DNA from: Octopus bimaculoides
Lineage: Eukaryota
Assembly: GCF_001194135.2 (NCBI RefSeq)
Contig: NC_068993.1
Span: 41,851,901 to 41,915,508, forward strand
DNA: 63,608 nucleotides
Reading direction: 5' to 3'
In this document: in pieces, positions 12,136 through 26,238 of the stretch
How positions within the stretch are numbered: the stretch's first letter is position 1
How the letters are laid out: every line of letters starts with the position of its first letter
The notes under the pieces: model-generated
Databases searched by the model: none
Told to the model about the DNA's origin: nothing
Seen by the model: the letters and a program-made list of their open reading frames with translations, nothing else
Position numbers and translations under genes: made by a program

Positions 12136-15100
12136 GACACTTGTACACTGGGAATAGTGTCTATAACTTGTAGTCATGGGTCACAATGTTTTGGCAATTC
12201 TTCTCGTAGGCCTACTTCATGTGACTTTCGTGGTCGGTAGTGTTCTCGGCCTTCGAAAGGAGCTCTTGATGTACAAGCACCACGACATTATAATTTCAAA
12301 GGTTCACTAATACTCTGATTGAAGCTGCTCCCTCTCACCAGAGAAATGGCACATCTAACACTTAATTAGAGCTCATATTCACGAAGCCTTCATATTGCAG
12401 GCTGTTTCATATTAGGAGTTTAAACTTAACCTGTGAATTTTTGTCATCCGTTTATCGCAAGCCTGTATTCACCTGACAATACGTCAAAACCGAGCGATAC
12501 TGTCTCCTCCTCCTCCTCCTCCTCCTCATACACCTCATCCTCCTCCCCCTCCTCNNNNNNNNNNTTTCGTCGTTGTTGTCATCATCATCATCATCATGTA
12601 TAGATGTCATCTGTTTTCAGCATGTTGAACATTAAGGATATGTATTCAAGTTTTTTTTCTCTGCCATTGTTACACATTCACCATTTGTAAATTTATTCCG
12701 TCCTTGGTAATATAAAACGATTTTGTTCTGGGTCTTCTTCTCAATAGTTTGCTATTTATCTTGCTTCCTAATAATAGTTCTATATATATATATTGTGCTT
12801 TTACTAATGATCAAAATACTTTAACCTCCTTTTTTTTTAATGGTTGTGAGTAATGATCTTTTTGTATTTGCTAGTTGTAGCACATCTTTATTAGTTTTAT
12901 CTTATATCTAAGATATTTTTAACATTCGTCTATATTATTTTATACGTTTCAACCACGTGGTTGTGGTCATGGAATTGTGGTCATGCTAGAACACCACCTT
13001 TATTTCAAAAGCTTTTTAATTTGCCTGAAAGAGTTTTCGTCAACGTCCAAGCATTGTCTATACAGTGTGAAAAAAGGTATCGTCTGCGGCCGACAACGCC
13101 AAGAGAAGATTGTAATTAGAAAGAGCCCAACAGGCTAAAAAAACAAAAACATCCTAAACACTTTGCGTCATCTTACAAAATCTGTGATCTAAGTGTCAAG
13201 AATTGTGGTGAAAACTGGCATGATGTGTCTGCCATACTTTAGACGAATGTCGAAAATAAAATTCGAATTTGTGGTCAATGCAACACCAGAAAAATATTCT
13301 GAAGCGAGACTACCGTTCAAGTACAATTATTCTGGTTAGAGAGTTTAATGGATATTTTAAGCTATTCATATGATATATGACCAAAGAAAAAAAGAATCGA
13401 AAAACAAGGGATTATATAGAAATGTATAGCAAAATACAGAAATAAAGAAAATAGATGAATATAATACAAATATAGGAATATAATCAAAATAGAGAAATAT
13501 AATGGAGAGAAGAAATTAAGTTTCTGCTACCAGATTCGTTTTGAATTTTAAACCTAAACTAATTTTGAAAGTGATGGCAGTTTCAGGAAAATATAGCAGT
13601 TTCGTAATACTAGTTTTTATGGGTATTTTTTATTCTCTTTTTCTTTTTTTATCTCCCTTAACAATGAAGTTCTACTCTAAAATAATGGCATTGTATGATT
13701 TAGCAAGAAAGAGAGACAGAGATGGAAAGACTCTAATCTTTAGGAAACCAGCTCTGAATAGAAATTGTACGCTTCCTAGTAATATTTTTGCTATTGATTG
13801 TAGCATACTTTCAGAAAATCTTTCAATATTTGCAGAAACCTATAATTTCTGAACCTATAATTTCGTTGTATTTCGGTGTAAGATTCAGAAGGTCTCTTTA
13901 ACTCTATTATGTTATGCTATGTATGTACGTATGTATGTATGTATGTATGTATGTATGTATGTATGTGTGTGTGTGTACGTATGTATATATGTGTGTGTAT
14001 ATGCATGTATGGTTATATGTATGCATAATGGTGACGTGTACAAGAAGGTGACGAGAAGACTTTGTTCAATGGTGTTAATTCCGACATCAACCCCAACAAA
14101 CTCATAGCTTGACACTTCGGAAAAGTGTTTAATCCCGCGATCTTCGATCTTTGTTGAATAAATGAATAAGGTAGAAGTGACGTTGAAAAGCCAAAGGAAC
14201 CTGTGTTAAATTTAAAGCTCAATAAGCTCAAAAACTTGCTACAGGTTTTCCAATTTCCACTTCATACACTTCAATGTTACATGCAAGACCTTTTCTTCAA
14301 GGATTCTCTTTTTAACTTTCTTTTCGCGTGACTGAAACACTGGGGAGGCTAAATAACATTAGAACCGCTTAAATGAAAAATAATGTCGAGTTTAAAAGAC
14401 TCTTGTCGGCAAAGCACAAAGATTTGTGCGTATTATCATACAGAAGACTATCAATGAATTGATCAACGAACATAAGTGTTTGTTCTTTATTACAAAGCGC
14501 TTCCACGGATGAGTAACTGATTTGAAAATGTACTGTCGAGTGTATAACTCATTACTAATCATTGAGAATATCCATGTTTTCTCTATGTATTTATGTACGC
14601 ATAAGCGTGAGTGCAATTGTATGTATACAAATATATGTATGTACATATGCATGTATGTGTGCGCGCGCGCGTGTATCGCACCGCTAACACATAAAATAGG
14701 ACACAGAATTGATTTATATACCTTAAATATACTGGTAGTATATTATGACTGCAGGAGGAAACGAGGTGTCCCTACCAGCAATTAGTACATACATGTATTC
14801 ATAAATTAATACATACATACATACATATACATATACTCATCGGGAGGTCATGAGGTCATTATGCCAATTTTAAACCCGCAAGTTCAAATCAAATACAAAT
14901 TTGAGCATGTGTGTGTGTGTGTTCATGTACGTATATGTATGTATATAAATCGTTTCAGAAAAACCGTGGAATAATTCTTTTTTGTTTTTGCTCTTAGTTT
15001 GGAATTGGTTTCCACAGTGCATATACATCTATAATTAATAGAGTGTAAATGCTTAGTTTAAAAATCCTTTTAGAATAATTCGAAAGCTGCTAACAGATTC

Positions 15101-15541
15101 GCTTGCGCGCACACACAAATATCGATGATTGATACGTTATGAGTAGAATCTGTTTGTTGGAGATGCATGGAAATATGTTGTGTGTGCGCGTGCGCGTGCG
15201 CGCGCACGTGTGTGTGTGTGTCTGCATTAAAGCTATCATTAGTTTCATGTTCAGAAAAATATCTTAATATCTAAAACCAATGGTAGTCATAAGGCACAAA
15301 TAAATTCTATCCCCCATTGCGATATTGAGCACTCATTTTTATCGTTCGACATATATATACATGTATGTATGTATGTATGTACTAGTCATGAGCAACAAAC
15401 TGTCCGCCTCATGAGAAACCATGTCTCATGTTGTGCGCTTCTTCTAAAAGGTTGCCCATACGCGATATAAACTCATACCAGGGATATATTCGGTCGAAAA
15501 CGACATCGTTTATTTCCATCTTCTTTTTTCTTTTTTTTCAG

Positions 15542-15671
15542 CATTTCCAAATGCCTGTGAATTCCATTAGATTATGGAAACATACGAACTGTTTCAAACA
15601 CCGGTAGAAAGTAACACCACCTCCATCACGACGCACATAGGACAAAAAAATGGGGAAAGAAAATGACAATG
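15542..15671 (+). other. Candidate 130-nt exon (probably 5'UTR or start-containing if real)
   Basis: Long polypyrimidine tract ending ttttttttcAG at 15540-15541, and an atg|GTGAGT donor at 15672. All three through-frames contain stops. No homology recognised. Confidence 0.3.
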
Positions 15672-16704
15672 GTGAGTCTCTTCATGTACAAAACGTTTCC
15701 CGGACAATAGGCATTTCACTGGAAAAATATATCCTGAATCACCGTTAATAGGTACGTCAGATTAGTTTTGACGCGCTGGCACCGACTGAATATCTTGCTA
15801 TCATCTTTCAGAGCAAAGCATTGATGAAGTTTCGCATCAAGTGACGTTCTTCCGCCATTGGTTTTCATTTCACCAACTTAGAACAACATTCTTCTGAGTA
15901 TTTATGCGTCGAAATTCTTAGATACCGCCGTCAAACGACACAATAGCGTGGGCGTGACTATAGGTGTTTGTGTGAGTGTGTGTATGTGTGTGTGTGCGCG
16001 TATGTGTGTATATATATATATATNNNNNNNNNNNNNNNNNNNNNNNNNNNNNNNNNNNNNNNNNNNNNNNNNNNNNNNNNNNNNNNNNNNNNNNNNNNNN
16101 NNNNNNNNNNNNNNNNNNNNNNNNNNNNNNNNNNNNNNNNNNNNNNNNNNNNNNNNNNNNNNNNNNNNNNNNNNNNNNNNNNNNNNNNNNNNNNNNNNNN
16201 NNNNNNNNNNNNNNNNNNNNNNNNNNNNNNNNNNNNNNNNNNNNNNNNNNNNNNNNNNNNNNNNNNNNNNNNNNNNNNNNNNNNNNNNNNNNNNNNNNNN
16301 NNNNNNNNNNNNNNNNNNNNNNNNNNNNNNNNNNNNNNNNNNNNNNNNNNNNNNNNNNNNNNNNNNNNNNNNNNNNNNNNNNNNNNNNNNNNNNNNNNNN
16401 NNNNNNNNNNNNNNNNNNNNNNNNNNNNNNNNNNNNNNNNNNNNNNNNNNNNNNNNNNNNNNNNNNNNNNNNNNNNNNNNNNNNNNNNNNNNNNNNNNNN
16501 NNNNNNNNNNNNNNNNNNNNNNNNNNNNNNNNNNNNNNNNNNNNNNNNNNNNNNNNNNNNNNNNNNNNNNNNNNNNNNNNNNNNNNNNNNNNNNNNNNNN
16601 NNNNNNNNNNNNNNNNNNNNNNNNNNNNNNNNNNNNNNNNNNNNNNNNNNNNNNNNNNNNNNNNNNNNNNNNNNNNNNNNNNNNNNNNNNNNNNNNNNNN
16701 NNNN

Positions 16705-16747
<43 letters not shown>

Positions 16748-16748
<1 letters not shown>

Positions 16749-16911
16749 GACGGGCTTTTTTCAGTTTCGTTCAACCAAATCCACTAACAAGTCTTTTGTC
16801 GGCTCGAGGCTATAGTAGACGACACCTGCCCAAGGTACCACTCACTGGGACTGAACCCGGAACCATGTGATTGGGAAGCAAACTTCTCTCCATACAGCCA
16901 CTGCTACACCT
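16748..16911 (-). mobile_element. SINE family B 5' half (tRNA-like head plus CORE-like CCTTGGGCA segment) running into (TA)n
   Basis: Reverse complement gtggctgtatggagagaagtttgcttcccaatcacatggttccgggttcagtccc..ccttgggcaggtgtcgtctactatagcctcgagccgac...gcccgtcg-(ta)n. Confidence 0.85.
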
Positions 16912-17415
16912 ATGTATGTGTCTGTGAGCGCATCTGTGTGCGTTTATATAGTTATGGTTGTGTAATTACGTATTTCAATTTCCATGTATGTATACGAAAA
17001 TTTTAACTGAATGAGAGGCATTTGATTGAAACAGAAGCATTTAGCCCTGTAAACGCTGGCTTTGGTTATTGTTTCTTTTATGCCACTTAAATAATTTGCC
17101 ACGGTTCCTGATATTTCGGAATCCTACGGCAAGAATTTGATTACTTTGAAGACGTTTGTAACATCGTTTTAGTGATGAAGCACTGAGGGAATAAACCTGA
17201 AAAGATGAAAGAAAATGTCCGTTTGTATAATTGAGGAAGTAATATATTTCTGTTAGCAGATTTACATAGAAATTTAACATGGCAATTCTCGCTCTTATAT
17301 CCTGTTACACAGTTAAAATGCTTTATCAGCAAAAGTTGAAAGTGCTGCAAAACAAATTAGGGGACATTATCAGGTATCCGGTTTATTAATCACAAACACA
17401 CAGACACAGACACAG

Positions 17416-17446
<31 letters not shown>

Positions 17447-18444
17447 TGCACACATTCATTCATACATAAACATATATACATATATATATTTATACATATA
17501 TATATATGTATATATAAGTATTCATATACGTGTATATACATATATATGAGTGTGTATGTATATATATATATATATGTATATATAAGTATTCATATACGTG
17601 NNNNNNNNNNNNNNNNNNNNNNNNNNNNNNNNNNNNNNNNNNNNNNNNNNNNNNNNNNNNNNNNNNNNNNNNNNNNNNNNNNNNNNNNNNNNNNNNNNNN
17701 NNNNNNNNNNNNNNNNNNNNNNNNNNNNNNNNNNNNNNNNNNNNNNNNNNNNNNNNNNNNNNNNNNNNNNNNNNNNNNNNNNNNNNNNNNNNNNNNNNNN
17801 NNNNNNNNNNNNNNNNNNNNNNNNNNNNNNNNNNNNNNNNNNNNNNNNNNNNNNNNNNNNNNNNNNNNNNNNNNNNNNNNNNNNNNNNNNNNNNNNNNNN
17901 NNNNNNNNNNNNNNNNNNNNNNNNNNNNNNNNNNNNNNNNNNNNNNNNNNNNNNNNNNNNNNNNNNNNNNNNNNNNNNNNNNNNNNNNNNNNNNNNNNNN
18001 NNNNNNNNNNNNNNNNNNNNNNNNNNNNNNNNNNNNNNNNNNNNNNNNNNNNNNNNNNNNNNNNNNNNNNNNNNNNNNNNNNNNNNNNNNNNNNNNNNNN
18101 NNNNNNNNNNNNNNNNNNNNNNNNNNNNNNNNNNNNNNNNNNNNNNNNNNNNNNNNNNNNNNNNNNNNNNNNNNNNNNNNNNNNNNNNNNNNNNNNNNNN
18201 NNNNNNATATATATATATATACACGCACACACAAATAGGAGTACAAGTGTGAGTGTGTGTTTTTAGCAGAAATAACAAAGTGACTCAAATCCTGAGAGTT
18301 TCGTGCGTTTAATAAGTGCCAACACACGGAACTCTCGAACCTTCAGTCACTCTATTATTTCTGCTAAATATTAATAAAAGCATACATATACTCATATTTT
18401 GAGTTCCATTTATCTTGTTTCCGCCAACATACATACATACATAT

Positions 18445-18503
<59 letters not shown>

Positions 18504-18505
18504 CA

Positions 18506-18539
<34 letters not shown>

Positions 18540-18999
18540 CAATTGAAGAAATTAGAGTCAAGAAGATGGAGTACAATTGTTTCGACGCAACGTAGTTCTC
18601 CAAGAATACAGGTATTTGGTTATACAACTGTTTGTTGGCATAATGAGATCTAGTTCTGTTTCCTCAGGAGATATACGAATGTTGTCTCCGCTAGTTTAAA
18701 ATCGTTGTCTTCAAGGCCATCTCTCTTCGTCGTGGTTTGAATTTAGTTGCGGCTGATAGACATGTGGTGTTTGCCGCGAGAGCGCGTTTGTGGGACTGCA
18801 AACTCCATCAGCCGCTACGTTTAGGTAGCAATACGTGCAGTAGGTAATAAGTGAAAAGAAAACATTAAAAGGAAATCGATATAGCCTTAGAATCTTCTGG
18901 GATATTTTAAATTTCATATCATTTGCCAATAATAATTATATCTATTCGACCATTTTCATCCTTATTAACAAAAAAAAAAAAAATCAGAACAATTAACAG

Positions 19000-19488
<489 letters not shown>

Positions 19489-21295
19489 AGAAATAAAACT
19501 ATACAACCGATTATAGAGTTATACGAAGTTTTAGAAAGAAATAATGTAAATCGATAAAAGAAATAGAAATAAGTGGTCTTCTTTTGTCCATATCTTATAA
19601 TAATTTTAAAATTTAATCTCAAATCCATATCGTAACAAATTAGACATACACACACCAGCAGCGAGTAATCTATTACCATAAAGAAACAATTCATTGGGAT
19701 TAGTAGTGATATAACAATAAAATGTAGCTTGGCTATCGAATCTTAGTCACGAATCCATCTAAATTGTAACAGATAAAACTGAAGACGCTAAACTAATCAT
19801 GTGATATAACAGCCTTGAATAGCAAAGCCACAATCTATGTTGAAATATCTGTTTAGTAAAGTAAATTAGAATTAGAAACAGTGGAATTAGAAACGGCTGG
19901 TAGTTGAGAAAGTAGGTTGCGACAAACCCAAGCTACATTTATTGTGAATTACTTAGAGATAACACGATCAAGCGTTGTGATAAGTTAGAAACAATAGCTT
20001 TATGATTATCAACTTTGGTTTATGGAAAGGTGCGCGTATACACACACACACACACACACACACACANNNNNNNNNNNNNNNNNNNNNNNNNNNNNNNNNN
20101 NNNNNNNNNNNNNNNNNNNNNNNNNNNNNNNNNNNNNNNNNNNNNNNNNNNNNNNNNNNNNNNNNNNNNNNNNNNNNNNNNNNNNNNNNNNNNNNNNNNN
20201 NNNNNNNNNNNNNNNNNNNNNNNNNNNNNNNNNNNNNNNNNNNNNNNNNNNNNNNNNNNNNNNNNNNNNNNNNNNNNNNNNNNNNNNNNNNNNNNNNNNN
20301 NNNNNNNNNNNNNNNNNNNNNNNNNNNNNNNNNNNNNNNNNNNNNNNAAACCACATCATAAGATGTCTCGTAAAATATTGTAAAATTTGTAATATGTTGT
20401 AATTTGTTACAATATTTTACGAGACATTTTATGATGTGGTTTATTTTTCCGGGATACCCTATTGAAATGTGCATAGGTTTGGCTTATTGTGGTTGTTTCT
20501 GTTATTATAATTGTTGCTGCAATAAAGTATCTTCAATGCATTGATTTTGAGCTCTATCCTTTAAGCGACATGTATACATATATATATACAAAAACTCAAC
20601 TGTGAGCTTTTTGCTAAGACTGTTAACAGATACTATATATTTTGTAAAATTTGTTTTATAAAAGAATATATTTAATATATATATGTATGTATGTATATAT
20701 GTATGAATTCAAGAATTGTGGTTCTTCTCTCTAAATTATATATTTATACATTTGATTTTAAATGTCTTGCCCGCTCACGTTGTTGGTATGCTGCTATATA
20801 TATGCTCATGTTGAGAACTTTTTAGGTTTTAATAGACACAAGATGTGATCTATTTCTAGCGCATTAATTGTCCACGTTAGTGATCGACGTTATTTTTTAA
20901 AATGTACCTTAATCCCCTGAGATTGAAGATAATATTTCTGAATCTCTTTGATTCTTTAAATGTGCTGGCCCCCTGATAATTAATCGATATTAATTAATAT
21001 ATTAATATATGACTAATTACCAGATCTTATAATAATATATATATGTACATATATACATGCATATGTGTGTGTGTATGTATATACATACACTAATCTATAT
21101 GTTTGTTTATATATGTGTTTGTATATTAATTCATATAGAAATGTATTAATACGCACACACACTGACGCACAAATAAATCTGCACACGCACTATTCTATCC
21201 CAGTCGAGATCATCGTCAGCATCTATATACCACCTTTAACTACGCACAAAGACGCTTCTTCTTTAAATATGGTCGAGCACCTACTAATATTAGTT

Positions 21296-21508
21296 TAAGA
21301 CGGTGAGCTGTCAGAAACGTTAGTACGTCGGGTAAAATGCTGAGCGACATTTCGTCTGTATTTACGTTCTGAGTCCAAATTCTACCGAGGTCGACTTTAA
21401 CCTTCACCCTTTCGGAGTCGATAAAGAAAGTACATGTTAAGCTCTGGGATCGTCCTAAACTCTCTTGAAATATTACTGGCCTTGTGCCAAAATTTCAAAT
21501 CAGTATTA
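21296..21508 (+). mobile_element. SINE family A copy (first of a tandem pair)
   Basis: agacggtgagctgtcagaaacgttag...gagtccaaattctaccgaggtcgacttt...ggccttgtgccaaaatttcaaatc. Confidence 0.88.
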
Positions 21509-21518
21509 CAGTTTAACG

Positions 21519-21738
21519 TAGGGCGGCGAGCTGGCAGACTAGTTAGGACGTCAATAAAAACGGTGAGCCACATTTCGTCCGTCTTTATGCTCTGATTTCA
21601 AATTCCACCGTGGTCGAGTTTGCCTTTCATACTTCTGGGGTTGATAAAATTAGTGTCATTTGAAAACTGGAGTCGTTGTAATCGACTTGCCCCTCCCCTA
21701 AAATTGCTGTCCTTGTGCCAAAATTCGAAATCAGTTAT
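21519..21738 (+). mobile_element. SINE family A copy (second of a tandem pair)
   Basis: agggcggcgagctggcagact...gatttcaaattccaccgtggtcgagtttgcctttcat...ccttgtgccaaaattcgaaatc. Confidence 0.88.
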
Positions 21739-22019
21739 AACTTGAAGTAAACTGGATAAACTATTTACATGTTTAATCATTGCAATTAATGGTAACTATG
21801 TGACCACACCTGTAATTTAAGAAATATATTTTATAGAAGAAAGTTTTGTTTTCATTGAATCCAACAGTATGTAACTGGTATCTATCTGTCTTTGAACCTG
21901 GTGCTGTCTTTGAACCTGAGAAAGTAAACTCAGGAGATTTTAAACTCTGTTTTAGTCAGCAACCTCTAGTTTTGGACAAATATTTTGTTCCTGTTTAGAC
22001 ATTCGGGCATTTATTTCTA

Positions 22020-22140
22020 AGGAATTGGTATGGTTGATTCAATCGATCAAAAATATTAATGTTATTTAGTTTATCGATCCAGAAGATATAAAAGAAATGG
22101 CTACCTTGGTGCCATTTGTATTCCGAATGCAGAAGGCCGT
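22020..22140 (-). mobile_element. SINE family A relic, highly diverged
   Basis: gattcaatcgat...tttatcgatccagaagatataaaag resembles the minus-strand central domain. Confidence 0.45.
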
Positions 22141-22889
22141 AACTAAATATTTAATATGATTTTCTATATTCTCAGCCAGCCCATATATCTATATTGTGAA
22201 TCTTATATTGTAATATTCGTTTACGTTTCTCTTTTCTGAAAGTTCATCATAAATAGGAGAAAATTGGAAGTTGTGACATTCATACATTTTTGCTTTGCAA
22301 GTAACTTATAAAAACGAAGTGAACCGATGTCTCAAGATGAAATTATATAACAGTACCAAGTTGCTATAAATCACTGCTTTTTAACGCGGCTACAAAGTAC
22401 AAATATATAGTGAAAGCAATTTACAAAATACTTTTAACACGAATTACCATGGTGGCCTAAAGCATCTAATAAAAATTGTTTTTAGCTGTTTGATCATATA
22501 AATGACATTTAACCTTGATACAAGGAAATTTTTAAAAAATGAAACGTTGGGTTCATTGAATAATTAAATGAGAATGAATAGCTTACGAATGACTATACAA
22601 ATTACTTCACATTATTATGTCATAAAAATTTTAACATCAAAATGTTTTATATGTACAGAAATACATATAAACGAAGTTTTTTTTTTTTAGAAGACAATTA
22701 AAAAATAATTAATTAAAAGTAAGATACAATAAGATGAATAAATTTCCCGAAACTTGTTATATCTGGGTTTTTAATTTGTTATTGAAATTTTCTTGCTGTT
22801 TATAATTGTCAAATATCCATTAATCTATGTTTATAGAAACTATGTAGATATTACAGTTACAAATTTGAAAAAATATAAAACATATCAAA

Positions 22890-23047
22890 TGGATGTGTGA
22901 CTAAAATGTTTGTTCTGGAGTCAGACGGGTTTAGGTTCACTTTTACTGCCAGTAGTACTTCCGGTAAAGTGTCTTTTACTATAGCTTCAAGCCGACAATA
23001 CCTTGTGAGAGAGTTTAGTAAGGAGAAATTGTGCGGAAACCTGTCGT
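22890..23047 (+). mobile_element. SINE family B 5' half leading into CT/CA/TA repeat and a gap
   Basis: aaagtgtcttttactatagcttcaagccgacaataccttgtgag...ggaaacctgtcgtat. Confidence 0.7.
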
Positions 23048-23073
23048 ATCTCTCTCTCTACACACATATATAC

Positions 23074-23108
<35 letters not shown>

Positions 23109-23739
23109 NNNNNNNNNNNNNNNNNNNNNNNNNNNNNNNNNNNNNNNNNNNNNNNNNNNNNNNNNNNNNNNNNNNNNNNNNNNNNNNNNNNNNNNNNNNN
23201 NNNNNNNNNNNNNNNNNNNNNNNNNNNNNTATATACTCAGACTGTCGCCAAGCAGCTGAAGACTACAGACCATTCCATCACTCGTTGATCTCTGTGTGAC
23301 ATTGCCGCACATCCTTGATGCACATTCTCAAGGATTGGAGAGGTTTCAATGAAAGTTTTTTCATTCTTCTCTCAAAACTCCCCTTAATTCATTAAACAGC
23401 TTTTCATACTTCGACCTCTCTTTCACCTTTCAACTGTGCCTACTTTCCCTCTTCGTTCCATTCTTCTCCCTTCTTACCTTCTCACTATCTTTCTTCTTCC
23501 ACTTTCTATTCAATTAATATGCACACGTGGTCCTATGTTTCTTATGAGTTGTAGCCAGGATTTTAACTGAGAAGGAAAACTCTACTGTCTCTCACCGGTA
23601 TCTCTCTTGGCAACTTTTTCTGGAAGAAAACTCTCTCCGAAACGTTAGATTTGCCAAACTCCACGGCATGTTCAATGTACTTTTTATACACTCACTTTAC
23701 TGCGTATATGTTGCTAGAGTGCGTAGATATTTATGTATT

Positions 23740-23936
23740 TATTTCTTTATTGCCCACAGAGGGCTAAATATAGAGAGGACAAACAAGGGAAGAAGTCGAT
23801 TATATCGACTCCAGTGCGTAACTGGTATTTAATTTATCGACCCCGAAAGGATGAAAGGCTAGGTGGACCTTGACGGAATTTGAACTCTAAACATTTCGCC
23901 CAGCATACTAACGTTTCTGCCAGCTTACCGCCTTAG
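23740..23936 (-). mobile_element. SINE family A copy with an alternative 3' end
   Basis: actggtatttaatttatcgaccccgaaaggatgaaaggc...ctgccagcttaccgcctta. The 3' end reads ccttgtttgtcctctctatatttagccctctgtgggcaataaagaaata on the minus strand. Confidence 0.85.
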
Positions 23937-24009
23937 TTATGTATCAGTCTTTCAATTGGTACTGTGCGAGTATATTTATGCATTAGTCTTTCAACACTGG
24001 TGTAATATA

Positions 24010-24130
24010 TTTGCGTTCCCGCACATAGCATAGCAGTTTGACAAAAAGACTGAGTGATAAAATAAGTATCAAGCTTTAAACGTTCATACTAAGATCAATT
24101 TGATTGACTAGACCTTTCCAGACCAGGCCA
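24010..24130 (+). mobile_element. SINE family B 3' half, diverged
   Basis: gcagtttgacaaaaagactgagtgataaaataagtatcaagcttt resembles gcggttcggcaaaagagaccgatagaataagtactaggctt. Confidence 0.5.
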
Positions 24131-25458
24131 CAGAAAGGCTAGAGTCCTATTACTAATACAAATTAAAGTGTAAATGAATAAATGCACAAGCATATATATA
24201 TTTCCAACGGTACCATATTATTATATCACTTTGATGAAGAAATTTATCATATAGTTTAGAAAACTTTGAAAATTTTGTATGAAAGATATTCACTGACTTG
24301 TTACTTTGAAATTACTCCGAGATGTACGACTTCAAAAAAGTACGCATAGTTAAGTGCGGAAGGAAATGGAGACAGTATTCTCATTATCCTTATTTTCCAA
24401 GATGAGTTACAGGACGCCATGCCAGAAAATTGATAGGGTTTCAACTTTCCCCTGTCTGTCTTTTAACATAAATGTAATTGAGTGACCTCTGTTAGAGTGT
24501 GTTAGTCTCCAAATTATGACTTTGATACTGCCTAGTGTGCAGCCTGATAGCAATATCCTGCAAATCCTCCCCTACACCGTGCAATAATTGAAGAGATGTG
24601 TGGCGTATGTCTATAAAATTCCTCTGGGCCTTCGTGTGAAACCTAATGTACATAGTATGAAAGCGATCTTAAAGTAACTTATTCATAGACCAGTTTTCAA
24701 CGCCATAGGGTAGAGTGCTGTCAGCATTTAATATTCTTTAACATGCTTAATGTTGTGAGAAAAAAGGAAACAAGGGAAGGCAAATATATCTCTAAATTAA
24801 AGATCGAATGGAATACGCTTATAAGTTGTAATAAAAGCGAAAACTACGTAAAATTATCACCTTACCAAAGATTGAACGTATTCACCACAGCACTCACCTT
24901 TTGTTATTTAGATTTCGCAATTATCTCCCTTGCTTCTCAAAACCAGTCTTTCTAATTTACACTAATAAATTCTCGTCTTTTGATTAGAAGTGTAATTTTA
25001 ATTAATAAAAGAAAGTTTTCCATCACAACGTTAACTACGTTAGCCCCACCTTTACTATTTTTCTTTCACACGCAGAGAGCATCACAGGTGTTTTTTTTTT
25101 GTTTTGTTTTGTTTGTTTGTTTGTTTTTTGCCACTGTTGATGTTTGCTTGATTAAATGTTCATCCAGAGATCACTAATTTCGTCCATATATTTTATTGAC
25201 TAAAATAAATTTTGTTTTTTAAAGTAATTAAATCAAACCGGAAATAAGTTAGATAGCTTCGTAAATTAAACACTATTATCTCCCTTGGTAGATGTTGGCA
25301 ACAAGACGAGGATGATACGAGTATTGAATTACAGAAATAATTTCTGTATTTTGTTATTTTTTTATTTCTATTTGCAATTATGTTACCTTAGCGTGCTTCA
25401 GTTTTAGTTGGTTAGGAAATCACTGTTTATCAATTACATTTCGGAAAATGAGAAAAGA

Positions 25459-25473
25459 AAGTTGTTGTTGCTG

Positions 25474-25538
<65 letters not shown>

Positions 25539-25935
25539 TTCTTGTTGTCTGTGCACATTTGTTACGAATTAAGCACGACTGAAGTATTTTAGTTCGGAAT
25601 CGAATGAAGGTTTTAATAAAAAAGGAAGGGTCGTAAAGCGTTCTTGTTTTCTCACCATCATAATCATCATCACTATCATGATCGTTGCCATCATCACTAT
25701 CATCATCATCATCGTCATTATCATCATCGCCGTCATCGTCGTCGTCTTCGTCTTCGCCGCCGCCGACGTCATTATTAGTAACATTATCAAATAGCAACAG
25801 TGAGAGTAACCATCACCGGTAGCAGAATAACAGCAGCTCGAACAATCATGACAACGGCTACAACAAACGCAACAGCAACAGCAACAGGCAGAACACTAAC
25901 GACCACGGCAACAACAACAACAGCAAGACCATCAT
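25459..25935. repeat. (GTT)/(ATT)n run followed by decayed (ATC)/(AAC)/(GCA) trinucleotide tracts
   Basis: Direct reading. Confidence 0.85.
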
Positions 25936-26188
25936 CAGGTATCTCTTGTCTGGTTTATATTATAATCGCTTCAAGAATTTCTGAAATGTTTGTACTTTTT
26001 AAAATTATTTTTGCGTCTTCTCTTTATAATTGCGAGTTTGTTTTGGCCTACCGTGGCTACTCAAACATGGCCGCTGTTATTTACTTTAGCGACTTCATAA
26101 TGATAAGAAGTAAAACGATCCTGGAGGGGATTTAAACTCCGAATGTATCGACGGATAAATGGACAGCAAATATTATTTTACCTCATTT

Positions 26189-26238
26189 CCTCCTCCTCCT
26201 CCTCCTCCTCCTCCTCCTCCTCCTTCTCCTACTACTAT

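Noticed and set aside
12137-12240. Possible continuation of the Dong RT beyond the trinucleotide array (DYKL*TLFPVYK versus NYRPITCL..YK)
   Set aside because: Similarity is too weak to call by eye, so the element boundary was left at 11900.
13541-13852. 103-codon ORF in unique AT-rich DNA
   Set aside because: TTG start, no motif, no convincing splice context. About one ORF of this length is expected by chance in a window this size.
25534-25797. Minus-strand Asp-rich ORF
   Set aside because: A decayed (ATC)n tract with no signal peptide. It shows that such ORFs arise readily here.
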